Shown here in pieces: positions 56,574 to 64,000 of a stretch of DNA of 64,000 bases. Source of the stretch: an uncultured Gemmatimonadaceae bacterium. Lineage in GTDB: Bacteria > Latescibacterota > UBA2968 > UBA8231. How positions within the stretch are numbered: the stretch's first letter is position 1; every line of letters starts with the position of its first letter. The translations under genes and the position numbers were made by a program. The stretch covers positions 10,517-74,516 of the forward strand of contig CAZPXM010000004.1 in assembly GCA_964591015.1 (NCBI GenBank), read 5' to 3'. The notes beneath the pieces are model-generated. The model saw nothing but the letters and a program-made list of their open reading frames with translations. It had not been told where the DNA came from and did no database searches.

Positions 56574-57433
56574 ACATCGGCATCGTCGGGGCCGAGAACA
56601 GCCATACGGTCGCGATCGCCAGACTGCTGAACGTCGAGAAGCGGGTGCCGGGCTTTCGCGTGACCCATCTGTGGGGTGAGACCAGGGCGCTGGCACGGCG
56701 CGCGGCCGACAGCGGAAGCATCCCGCGCATCGTCGCCCGGCCCGAAGAGATGATCGGCCAGATCGACGCCGCGGTCGTCGACCATCGCCACGGACGCGAG
56801 CACCTGCCGGCCGCGGCGCCGCTGCTGGAGGCGAAGCTGCCGCTGTTCATCGACAAGCCCTTCTGCTACCGGGTGGCGGCAGGCCGGCGCTTCCTGGCGC
56901 GGGCGGCCGAGCTGGGCGTGCCGGTGTGTTCCTTCTCGGTGCTGCCGCATCAGGCGGCCTTCGTGCAGCTCTGTCGCGACGCCCGCGCCCTCGGGCAGGT
57001 GCATGCGGTGACGACCACCGGCGCCTGCGACGTGAAATCCAGGTACGGCGGGATCTTCTTCTACGGCATCCATCAGGTGGACATGCTGCTGCGCCTGCTG
57101 GGACACGAGGTGGCGTCGGCGCAGGTGGTGCGCGGCCGCGGCGCCAACCACGTGGCGACCCTCGCCTATCGGGACGGCACGGTGGCCAGCATGAACCTGA
57201 TCGGCGCCGGCCATCCCGCCTTCCACGTCAGCGTGGTGGGTGAGAAGGGCCGCATCGATCGCGAGATCGCCATGGACGAGAGCCCCTACCTGGCAGGCGT
57301 GAAGGCGTTCTGCAGGATGTTCCGGACCGGCAGGACCGAGGAGACGACCCAGAGCATGTTGGGTCCGGTGGCGGTGCTCGAGGCGCTGGAGAAATCGCTG
57401 GCCCGCGGCGAGCGGGTCAGAGTCTCTTTCTAG
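56570..57433 (+). CDS. Gfo/Idh/MocA-like NAD(P)-dependent oxidoreductase
   Basis: [20 protein letters not shown], a Rossmann N-terminus, then an alpha/beta C-domain; RBS GAGGAG. Confidence 0.65.
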   Translation: MNIGIVGAENSHTVAIARLLNVEKRVPGFRVTHLWGETRALARRAADSGSIPRIVARPEEMIGQIDAAVVDHRHGREHLPAAAPLLEAKLPLFIDKPFCYRVAAGRRFLARAAELGVPVCSFSVLPHQAAFVQLCRDARALGQVHAVTTTGACDVKSRYGGIFFYGIHQVDMLLRLLGHEVASAQVVRGRGANHVATLAYRDGTVASMNLIGAGHPAFHVSVVGEKGRIDREIAMDESPYLAGVKAFCRMFRTGRTEETTQSMLGPVAVLEALEKSLARGERVRVSF

Positions 57434-57444
57434 GGAGGAACCGG

Positions 57445-58815
57445 ATGCAACCGACCAAGATTCTGCTCGACGAGAAGGAGATGCCGGCGAGCTGGTACAA
57501 CATCCAGGCGGATCTGAAGACGCCGCTCCCGCCGCCGCTGCATCCGGGAACGAAGCAGCCGATCGGTCCCCAGGATCTGGCGCCGCTGTTCCCGATGGGG
57601 CTCATCCAGCAGGAAGTGAGCACCGAGCGCTGGATCGAGATTCCCGACGAGGTCCTCGACGTGTACACCATGTGGCGGCCGAGCCCGCTCTACCGGGCCC
57701 GACGCCTGGAGACGGCTCTGGATACGCCGGCGCGCATCTACTACAAGTGGGAGGGCGTCAGCCCTCCCGGCAGCCACAAGCCCAACACCGCGGTGGCGCA
57801 GGCCTACTACAACAAGAAGGAAGGCATCAAGCGCATCACCACGGAGACCGGGGCCGGCCAGTGGGGCACCGCGCTGTCGTTCGCCTGCAATCTGTTCGGC
57901 CTGGAGTGCATGGTGTACATGGTCCGGGTCAGCTTCGAACAGAAGCCCTACCGGAAGGCCATCATGGAGACGTACGGCGCCACCTGCGTGCCCAGCCCCA
58001 GCACGCTCACCCAGTCCGGGCGCAAGCTGTTGGCGCAGGATCCGGACACGCCGGGTTCGCTGGGCATGGCCATCTCCGAAGCCGTGGAGGATGCCGCGTC
58101 GCGCGACGACACGCATTACTCGCTCGGCTCGGTGCTCAACCATGTGCTCCTCCATCAGACCATCATCGGCCTGGAGGCGGAGAAGCAGCTCCAGAAGGCC
58201 GGCGAGGCGCTGCCCGACATCGTGGCGGGCTGCTTCGGCGGCGGCTCGAACTTCGCGGGCATCTCGTTCCCCTTCATGCGCTACAAGCTGAACGGCACGA
58301 AGCCCGACATGCGCATCATCGCCTGCGAGCCGACGACGTGCCCGACGCTGACCAAGGGACCCTACCGGTACGATTTCGGCGATACCTCGGGGATGACGCC
58401 GCTGCTGGCCATGTACACGCTCGGCCACACGTTCGTGCCGGCGCGGATACACGCGGGTGGCCTGCGCTACCACGGCGCCGCGCCCCTGGCGAGCCATCTG
58501 CTGCGGCACGGCGAGATGGAGGCGATGGCGTTCAATCAGGTCGAGTGCTTCCAGGCCGGCGTACAGTTCGCCCGCGCCGAGGGCTTCGTGACGGCGCCGG
58601 AGACCAACCACGTCATTCGCTGCGTGATCAACGAGGCGCTCAGGTGCAAGGAGAGCGGCGAGGAGAAGGTGATCCTGTTCAACTGCTCCGGGCACGGGCA
58701 CTTCGACATGAGCGCCTACGCCGCGTACTTCGCCGGCCAGTTGGAGGAGCACCACTTCAGGGAGCAGCAGATCGAGGAGAACATGCGGGCCCTGGCGGAC
58801 TTCCCGCTTCCCTGA
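57445..58815 (+). CDS. TrpB2-type tryptophan-synthase-beta-like PLP enzyme
   Basis: [23 protein letters not shown]...[15 protein letters not shown]...[15 protein letters not shown]...[11 protein letters not shown] are TrpB2 subfamily signatures, including the lysine in SHKPN. Confidence 0.8.
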   Translation: MQPTKILLDEKEMPASWYNIQADLKTPLPPPLHPGTKQPIGPQDLAPLFPMGLIQQEVSTERWIEIPDEVLDVYTMWRPSPLYRARRLETALDTPARIYYKWEGVSPPGSHKPNTAVAQAYYNKKEGIKRITTETGAGQWGTALSFACNLFGLECMVYMVRVSFEQKPYRKAIMETYGATCVPSPSTLTQSGRKLLAQDPDTPGSLGMAISEAVEDAASRDDTHYSLGSVLNHVLLHQTIIGLEAEKQLQKAGEALPDIVAGCFGGGSNFAGISFPFMRYKLNGTKPDMRIIACEPTTCPTLTKGPYRYDFGDTSGMTPLLAMYTLGHTFVPARIHAGGLRYHGAAPLASHLLRHGEMEAMAFNQVECFQAGVQFARAEGFVTAPETNHVIRCVINEALRCKESGEEKVILFNCSGHGHFDMSAYAAYFAGQLEEHHFREQQIEENMRALADFPLP

Positions 58816-58858
58816 GCCGCGGGACCGCCATCGACGCGGCGAGGAGGACGCGCTCATC

Positions 58859-59992
58859 ATGTGTGCCATGAAACTGAAGGCGGCGGCCGAGTGCCGCTAC
58901 GATTCCATCGCGCTGGGCGAGGTGATGATGCGCCTCGATCCCGGCGACGTGCCCACGGCCCGGGCGCGGTCGGCGCGCATCTGGCACGGGGGCGGCGAGA
59001 CGAACGTCGCCGAGGGGTTGAGCTACTGCTTCGGCCTGCGCACCGCCGTGGTCACGGCGCTGGTGGACGACGGGATCGGCCGCAACATCGAGAACCAGCT
59101 CCGCGAGGCGGGCGTCGATACCAGCCACATCGTGTGGTTCAACACCAGCGGCAAGGGACGCTTCAGCACCGACGGCAAGGGCACGCTGCACAACGGCATC
59201 AACTTCACGTGGGCGGGCAAGGGCGTGCTGCCGTCGGTCACGGAGTACTACCGGGCCCACACGCCGGTGCGCGAGGTTGGCCCGGGCGACGTCGACTGGG
59301 ACAGCCTGTTCGGCCAGCTCGGCACCCGGTGGTTCAGCACGGGGGGCATCTACACGCTGCTGTCGCCCAAGACCGCCGCGCTGGCGCTGGAGGCCATGCA
59401 GAAGGCCGGCCAGTACGGGGCAGGACGTTCCTTCGACCTCAACTACCGCTCCAAGGTGGAGCCGAGCAAGGACCGGGCGCGGGCCATCAACAAGAGCATC
59501 GTGCCCCATGTCGAGTTCCTGGTGGGCAACCAGGACGACTTCGGCGACGCGCTCGGCTACGAGACGCAGAAGGTCGCCAAGGACGCGCCGTTCGAGCAGT
59601 GGCTGGAGGTCTACACCCGCATGCTGCGGCAGGTGGCCGCCGACTACCCGAACCTGCGCTACATCGGCACCCAGTTGCGCGGCGCCCTCAGCGCGGATCT
59701 GATCAACTGGGGCGCGGTGCTTTACGAGGTCGACACCGATACGGTGTATCAGGCGGCGGTGCGCGAGCGCGTCGAGATCGCCGACCGCACCGGCGGCGGG
59801 GATTCGTTCGCCTCCGGCGTGATCGCGGCGCTGCTGCTGGGCAAGGGTCCGGCCGAGGCGGTCCAGTGGGGCGCGGCGCACGGCATCCTCGTGCAGGAGA
59901 CCCCTGGGGACACGAGCAACGTCAAGCAGAAGGACGTGGAGAAGGAGATCGAGCGGGCCCTCAAGGGCGGCGGGGTCTCCGCCCTGCGTTGA
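58859..59992 (+). CDS. PfkB-family carbohydrate kinase (2-keto-3-deoxygluconate kinase/ribokinase-like)
   Basis: N-terminal GG motif (IALGEVMMRL) and PfkB signature 2 DRTGGGDSFASG. Confidence 0.8.
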   Translation: MCAMKLKAAAECRYDSIALGEVMMRLDPGDVPTARARSARIWHGGGETNVAEGLSYCFGLRTAVVTALVDDGIGRNIENQLREAGVDTSHIVWFNTSGKGRFSTDGKGTLHNGINFTWAGKGVLPSVTEYYRAHTPVREVGPGDVDWDSLFGQLGTRWFSTGGIYTLLSPKTAALALEAMQKAGQYGAGRSFDLNYRSKVEPSKDRARAINKSIVPHVEFLVGNQDDFGDALGYETQKVAKDAPFEQWLEVYTRMLRQVAADYPNLRYIGTQLRGALSADLINWGAVLYEVDTDTVYQAAVRERVEIADRTGGGDSFASGVIAALLLGKGPAEAVQWGAAHGILVQETPGDTSNVKQKDVEKEIERALKGGGVSALR

Positions 59993-60114
59993 GGGTGCAC
60001 CTGCCGGCGCCGCGCGGCGCCGCGGGCTGAGCGGTGCAGGGCCACCTTCGGTCCGGTCCTGCACCGCTCTTTTTCGTCGAGCCGGCCGCTTCCACCGGGC
60101 GGACATGGGTGCCC

Positions 60115-61401
60115 ATGCAGGTCTCCTGGCGGCGCAACTTCTACACCCTGTGGATCGCCCAACTGGCGGCCATCGTCGGCTTCCAGGCGGTGCAGCCCTT
60201 TCTGGCCTACTACGTGCAGCAGTTCGCGGTGCACGACCTGGACGAGGCGCTGATCTGGGCCGGCCGCATGGGCACGGCTGCCGGTCTGGCGATGGCGCTG
60301 GCCTCGCCCGTGTGGGGCAGCCTGGCAGACCGCTTCGGACGCAAGGCCATGGTGGTGCGGGCGATGCTGGGCGGCGGCCTCAGCGTGGCTGCCATGGCGC
60401 AGGTGACGACGCTGCCGCAGTTGCTGGTCGCCCGCACGGTGCAGGGCGCCTTGGCAGGCACCGTGGCGGCGACCACGACGCTGGTCTCGACCACGACGCC
60501 GCGGCGGCATCTGGGCTACGCGCTCGGGCTGATGCAGGGCGCGGTGATGCTGGGGGGCTCGCTGGGGCCGTTCCTGGGTGGGCCGCTGATCGAGCGCCAC
60601 GGGTACCGGCTCTGCTTCGTGGTGTCGGGCGTGCTCGTGGCGGCTGCGGGGGTGGCCGTCCAGCGGTGGGTCAAGGAGGACTTCCGGCCGCAGCCCGGCC
60701 GGCCGGGCGGCGGGCGCGGGTGGATCCGCCGCGGGAGCATGCTGGCCGACTCGCTGAGCATGCTGCGCAACCGGGCCCTGCTCAGCATGGTGATCAGCCT
60801 CAGTCTGATCCAGTTCGCGTTCGGCGTGACCATGCCGGTGCTGCCGCTTTTCCTGCAGCGACTCGCCGCCACGGAGAGCGTGCTCTCGGTGGCCGGACGC
60901 ATCTTCGCGGCCGCCGGGCTGGTCGGCGCGCTGTCGTCGGCAGTGATGGGGCGCTGGAGCGATCGGGTCGGCGCCCGGCGCATGCTGACCGCCGGTCTGG
61001 TGGCGAACGTGGGCTTTCTGCTGCTGCAGGGCAGCTCGACTTCGGTGGCGATGCTGGCGGCCACCGTCATCCTCGGCGGGGTTTCGGGAGGCGCCATCCG
61101 GCCGGTGGCCAACGCGCTGATCGCCTGCGTCGTTCCCGAGCAGGACCGCGGCAAGGCCTTCGGCCTGCTTACCAGCGTGAACGCCTTTGGCTGGTCCCTG
61201 GGCCCCATGGCAGGGGCGTACCTGGGCGCCGAGCTGGGCTTCCGGCAGGTGTTCTTCGTCACGGCGGCGATGTTCGCGGTGGTCGCGGCCTGGGTCAACG
61301 TGGCGCTGAGACGGGTGGCGTCCGCGGCCACGTCCGGCGACCGCGCGGCCGTCCCGCGGATCGGGGAGCGCGCCTGGCGCGGGGGTGACCGGCGGCCGTG
61401 A
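60115..61401 (+). CDS. MFS transporter
   Basis: From MQVSWRRNFYTLWIAQ. 12 predicted TM helices and the MFS loop motif GSLADRFGRK between TM2 and TM3. Confidence 0.8.
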   Translation: MQVSWRRNFYTLWIAQLAAIVGFQAVQPFLAYYVQQFAVHDLDEALIWAGRMGTAAGLAMALASPVWGSLADRFGRKAMVVRAMLGGGLSVAAMAQVTTLPQLLVARTVQGALAGTVAATTTLVSTTTPRRHLGYALGLMQGAVMLGGSLGPFLGGPLIERHGYRLCFVVSGVLVAAAGVAVQRWVKEDFRPQPGRPGGGRGWIRRGSMLADSLSMLRNRALLSMVISLSLIQFAFGVTMPVLPLFLQRLAATESVLSVAGRIFAAAGLVGALSSAVMGRWSDRVGARRMLTAGLVANVGFLLLQGSSTSVAMLAATVILGGVSGGAIRPVANALIACVVPEQDRGKAFGLLTSVNAFGWSLGPMAGAYLGAELGFRQVFFVTAAMFAVVAAWVNVALRRVASAATSGDRAAVPRIGERAWRGGDRRP

Positions 61402-61528
61402 ACTGCCAGGCCGCTGCGGCCCGCCGGTGCGAGGCCGCCCGCCGCTGGCGCGAGGACGCCCGGAAGTCGTTGGCGCGGGGAGACCTGGCAGCGGCCGGCA
61501 GCGGCGGCTCACGGGAGAGGAGAGGGCC

Positions 61529-62647
61529 ATGGTGGACGACCGACTCGGGGCGCCGGTGCGCGTTGGCCTGGTGGGGCTGGGCAGCGTCTGCGCCGCCGTC
61601 CATTACCCGGGGCTGCGGCTCATCCCAGGGGTGCAGATCGCCGGGCTCTGCGATGTCGACCCCGTGCTCCTCGCCCGGCGGCGCCAGGAGTGGGCGACAG
61701 GACTCGCGACCACCGAGCTGGGAGCCCTGCTGCGCCGCACTCCCCTCGATGCCGTCATCATCGCCACGCCCAATGACACCCACCGCGAGCTGGTGCTGGA
61801 AGCGGTGGCGGCCGGATGTCACGTCCTGTGCGAGAAGCCCCTCGCGCTGGACCATGCGGCGGCCGCCAGCATGCTTCACGCCGCCGCCGCGGCAGGCGTC
61901 CGGCACATGACGGCCTTCACCTACCGCTTCGCCCCCGGCATGCGGTACCTGAAGCACCTGGTTGCCTCGGGGGCGCTGGGGGAACCCCGCCACGCGCGCT
62001 TCCAGCGGCTGCAGTACTGGGGCGAGAAGGCGATCGGGTGGCGCCAGTACCGCTGCCGAGCGGGGTCGGGCGAGATCGCCGACATGGGCATCCACCGGCT
62101 GGACTTCGCCGAGGATCTGCTCGGGCCCATCCGCGCCGTGTGCGGCCTGACTCGCCGCCTTCTGGACCGCACCGAGCAGCGCGACGGGACGCGCTGTGCG
62201 CCCCAGGACGTCGAGGACTGGGCCGGCTGGATCGCGGAGTTCGCCAGCGGCGCGACGGGCGTGTTCGAGATGGGCAAGCTGACCAAGGGCCGGGGGCCCG
62301 CCGGCGACCACGACATCGCCGAGGTGAACGGCAGCGAAGCGTCCGCTGCGTACCAGCTCCACACGCCGCACCAGATCCTGTTCGCCCCCGCCGGCGAGCC
62401 CTATCGACTCGTGCCGGTGCCGGAGGCGTTTCTGAAGCCGGCCGGCTCGCCCCGGGACCCGGCCGCTGGAGATCCGGTGCGGGGCTTCCGGTACGACCAG
62501 GAGTGGGAGTTCATCGCCGCCATCCGCGAAGGCCGGTCGTGCGTGCCTTCGTTCGCGCACGGCGTGCGCGCGCAGCTGGTAGCCGATACGGTGCTGGCAG
62601 CGGCCAGCGAGCGCCGCTGGGTCGAAGTGCCCGCCACGCCGTGCTGA
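61529..62647 (+). CDS. Gfo/Idh/MocA-family oxidoreductase
   Basis: RBS GGGAGAGGAGAGGG. VRVGLVGLGSVCAAVHYPGL Rossmann fold, EKPLAL motif, and a C-terminal GFO_IDH_MocA_C-like domain. Confidence 0.75.
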   Translation: MVDDRLGAPVRVGLVGLGSVCAAVHYPGLRLIPGVQIAGLCDVDPVLLARRRQEWATGLATTELGALLRRTPLDAVIIATPNDTHRELVLEAVAAGCHVLCEKPLALDHAAAASMLHAAAAAGVRHMTAFTYRFAPGMRYLKHLVASGALGEPRHARFQRLQYWGEKAIGWRQYRCRAGSGEIADMGIHRLDFAEDLLGPIRAVCGLTRRLLDRTEQRDGTRCAPQDVEDWAGWIAEFASGATGVFEMGKLTKGRGPAGDHDIAEVNGSEASAAYQLHTPHQILFAPAGEPYRLVPVPEAFLKPAGSPRDPAAGDPVRGFRYDQEWEFIAAIREGRSCVPSFAHGVRAQLVADTVLAAASERRWVEVPATPC

Positions 62648-62675
62648 GGCCTGGTAGCCGACCGCCGCAGAGCGG

Positions 62676-64000
62676 CTAGGCCGGGCCTGGCGCTGCGGCT
62701 AGCGGGGCGCGGCCGCACCCGCCGGGGGGCGTGCCGGCTGGCGCGCGGTCCTGGAGAATGGCGATGATGTCGCGGATCACCCGTTCGTCGGCGCACAGCC
62801 GGCTGTGCCGCGCTCGCCAGCCGGACAGGGCCGGGTACGCGTAGCGGCGCTGGATGGCCTCGGGCACCAGGGCGCTGGCGTCCGGCACCACCACATCGCC
62901 GACGGCCCGCCAGGCGTACAGCCGGCCGCGCGATGGGGCCAGAGCCGCCTGCAGGTGCGCCAGGAACGCGCTGCCCGGCGTCATGTCGGCCAGTTGACGC
63001 GGCCCCGGGTAGTGCGCAGCGCGACCCCAGCGCGCCAGCCAGGTGCCGCGCAGCGGGGCCGCCAGCGTCAGAACCCGCGCGCGGCGATGGCGACGGCGGT
63101 GGTCCAGCGCCACGGCGACCGCGCCGCCCATGCTGTGCCCCACCAGGTCGATCTCGCCGGCCGGCAACGACTGGTCGAGCTCTGTGGCCAGCCGTGTCAG
63201 GTCCGCGTCCGGAGCGAGAGCGGGCACGTGCACGGCGCAGCCGTCGGGTGTGGTGCAGCGCTGCAGATGCGCGAGCAGTGGCCGCCAGCATTCGGGGTGG
63301 TTGCGGTACCCGTGCAGCAGCACAAGCGGCCGCGGCAGAGGCAGTGGCCGGCGGGCGAAGGCCTCGAGGTCGGCTGCTGCACGCTGGCGCTCGCGGCGCA
63401 CCGCGCCTCGCTGGCGGCGGATCGCGATGCCGCCCCACAGCGCCCAGGCGAGGCCGCTGGCGGCCACCAGCCAGTCGCCATAGCGGACATAGGGCGTCTG
63501 CCGATGCTCCGGACGGACGCGCACGCGGCGCACGTCCGTGGTGAAGAGCTCGGTCGCGTCCCTGACGCGCCCGCTCGGCTCGATCACCGCGGAGATGCCG
63601 GTGTTGGCCACGCGCACGATCGGCCGTCCGGTCTCGACGGCGCGCAGGACGGCCGCGGCCAGGTGCTGCCAGGGCGCCGCCGAGCGCCCGAACCAGGCAT
63701 CGTTGGTCACCGTGACCAGCAGCGAACAACCGCGGCGCGCGAGCTGCCGGCTGATCGCCGGGAACACGGACTCGAAGCAGATGAAGACCCCGAGGCGGGT
63801 GTCGGTTCCGGGAAGGGGCAGCGGCCGGTGGGCGTCTCCTGAAGCGAACACGCCGCTCTCGGCCGTCAGACCCTCCAGATAGCCGAAGAGCCACCGGAGA
63901 GGGAGGTACTCGCCGAACGGAACCAGGTGCACCTTGTCCGCGTGGGCGGCCACGCGGCCCTGTCCATCGAGCAGGTACACGCGGTTGTACACCGGCCCGC
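62676..64000 (-). CDS. lnt: apolipoprotein N-acyltransferase (Lnt) CN-hydrolase domain fused to C-terminal alpha/beta-hydrolase domain; 5' end beyond window
   Basis: The ORF runs off the window end. Lnt/CN-hydrolase catalytic region (VHLVPFGEYLP...FICFESVFP...TNDAWFG) is followed by a lipase/esterase-type domain (LVLLHGYRNH...LVGHSMGGAV). Confidence 0.65.
   Translation of the reverse strand, partial: GPVYNRVYLLDGQGRVAAHADKVHLVPFGEYLPLRWLFGYLEGLTAESGVFASGDAHRPLPLPGTDTRLGVFICFESVFPAISRQLARRGCSLLVTVTNDAWFGRSAAPWQHLAAAVLRAVETGRPIVRVANTGISAVIEPSGRVRDATELFTTDVRRVRVRPEHRQTPYVRYGDWLVAASGLAWALWGGIAIRRQRGAVRRERQRAAADLEAFARRPLPLPRPLVLLHGYRNHPECWRPLLAHLQRCTTPDGCAVHVPALAPDADLTRLATELDQSLPAGEIDLVGHSMGGAVAVALDHRRRHRRARVLTLAAPLRGTWLARWGRAAHYPGPRQLADMTPGSAFLAHLQAALAPSRGRLYAWRAVGDVVVPDASALVPEAIQRRYAYPALSGWRARHSRLCADERVIRDIIAILQDRAPAGTPPGGCGRAPLAAAPGPA

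Noticed and set aside
1-64000. CRISPR arrays, rRNA genes, IS elements
   Set aside because: No array of regularly spaced direct repeats, no rRNA-like conserved stretches, and no transposase/integrase-like ORFs were found in any frame.

Overview
This is a high-GC (about 70%) bacterial chromosomal segment. The domain content (a T9SS-type C-terminal sorting domain on a secreted metzincin, SPOR domains, tungsten AOR) suggests an FCB-group or Gemmatimonadota-like organism from a metagenome. This is a guess; no taxonomy can be assigned from the sequence alone. Because of the GC content, the six-frame track is full of long spurious antisense ORFs. Genes were called only where the translated sequence shows recognisable family motifs, plausible RBS/start context, and operon-like spacing such as overlapping ATGA/GTGA stop-starts. 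Coordinates may be off by 1-2 nt in places, because the printed line numbering and the ORF-track coordinates occasionally disagree by 1.

Layout:
- 0-7.4 kb: sugar/amide hydrolase genes. A partial DegT aminotransferase, a NagA-like amidohydrolase, a ceramidase-like hydrolase, an alpha/beta hydrolase, a glutaredoxin-like protein, a Zn-dependent alcohol dehydrogenase and an NTF2-like protein.
- 7.8-11.3 kb: a two-gene minus-strand operon. It encodes a PD40 beta-propeller lipoprotein carrying a single CXXCH haem motif, plus a 634-aa polytopic membrane protein. The operon ends at a tRNA-Ala(TGC).
- 11.8-14.0 kb: a divergent pair. One gene is an atypical SSB. The other is a solitary N6-adenine methyltransferase fused to an HsdS-type target-recognition domain.
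- 14.1-18.6 kb: a secreted HExxHxxGxxH metalloprotease with beta-propeller repeats and a T9SS C-terminal domain. It is translationally coupled to a small secreted protein and followed by a beta-lactamase-family serine hydrolase.
- 18.9-32.5 kb: trmB, then a division and cell wall (dcw) cluster behind a textbook sigma70 promoter: mraZ-rsmH-ftsL-ftsI-murE-murF-ftsW-murC-ftsQ-ftsA-ftsZ. It is compact and lacks mraY, murD, murG, murB and ddl. It is followed by purE, kptA and a Wzz-like/SPOR-domain membrane protein.
- 37.8-62.6 kb: a large metabolic island that I consider the best candidate for an undescribed pathway. It holds two more DegT-family aminotransferases, a DapA-family aldolase, tungsten aldehyde:ferredoxin oxidoreductase with a Cys-rich partner and a MauE/DoxX-thioredoxin membrane protein, two enolase-superfamily enzymes, an M42 peptidase, a GDPD, a GHMP (galactokinase-like) kinase, a PfkB kinase, a D-aminoacylase, an amidohydrolase-2, two Gfo/Idh/MocA oxidoreductases, TrpB2 and an MFS transporter. 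It also contains a DUF360 membrane gene interrupted by an in-frame TGA and a perfect 14-bp tandem repeat.
- 62.7-64.0 kb: the window ends inside an Lnt-like gene fused to an alpha/beta-hydrolase domain.

No CRISPR array, integrase or transposase was recognised.
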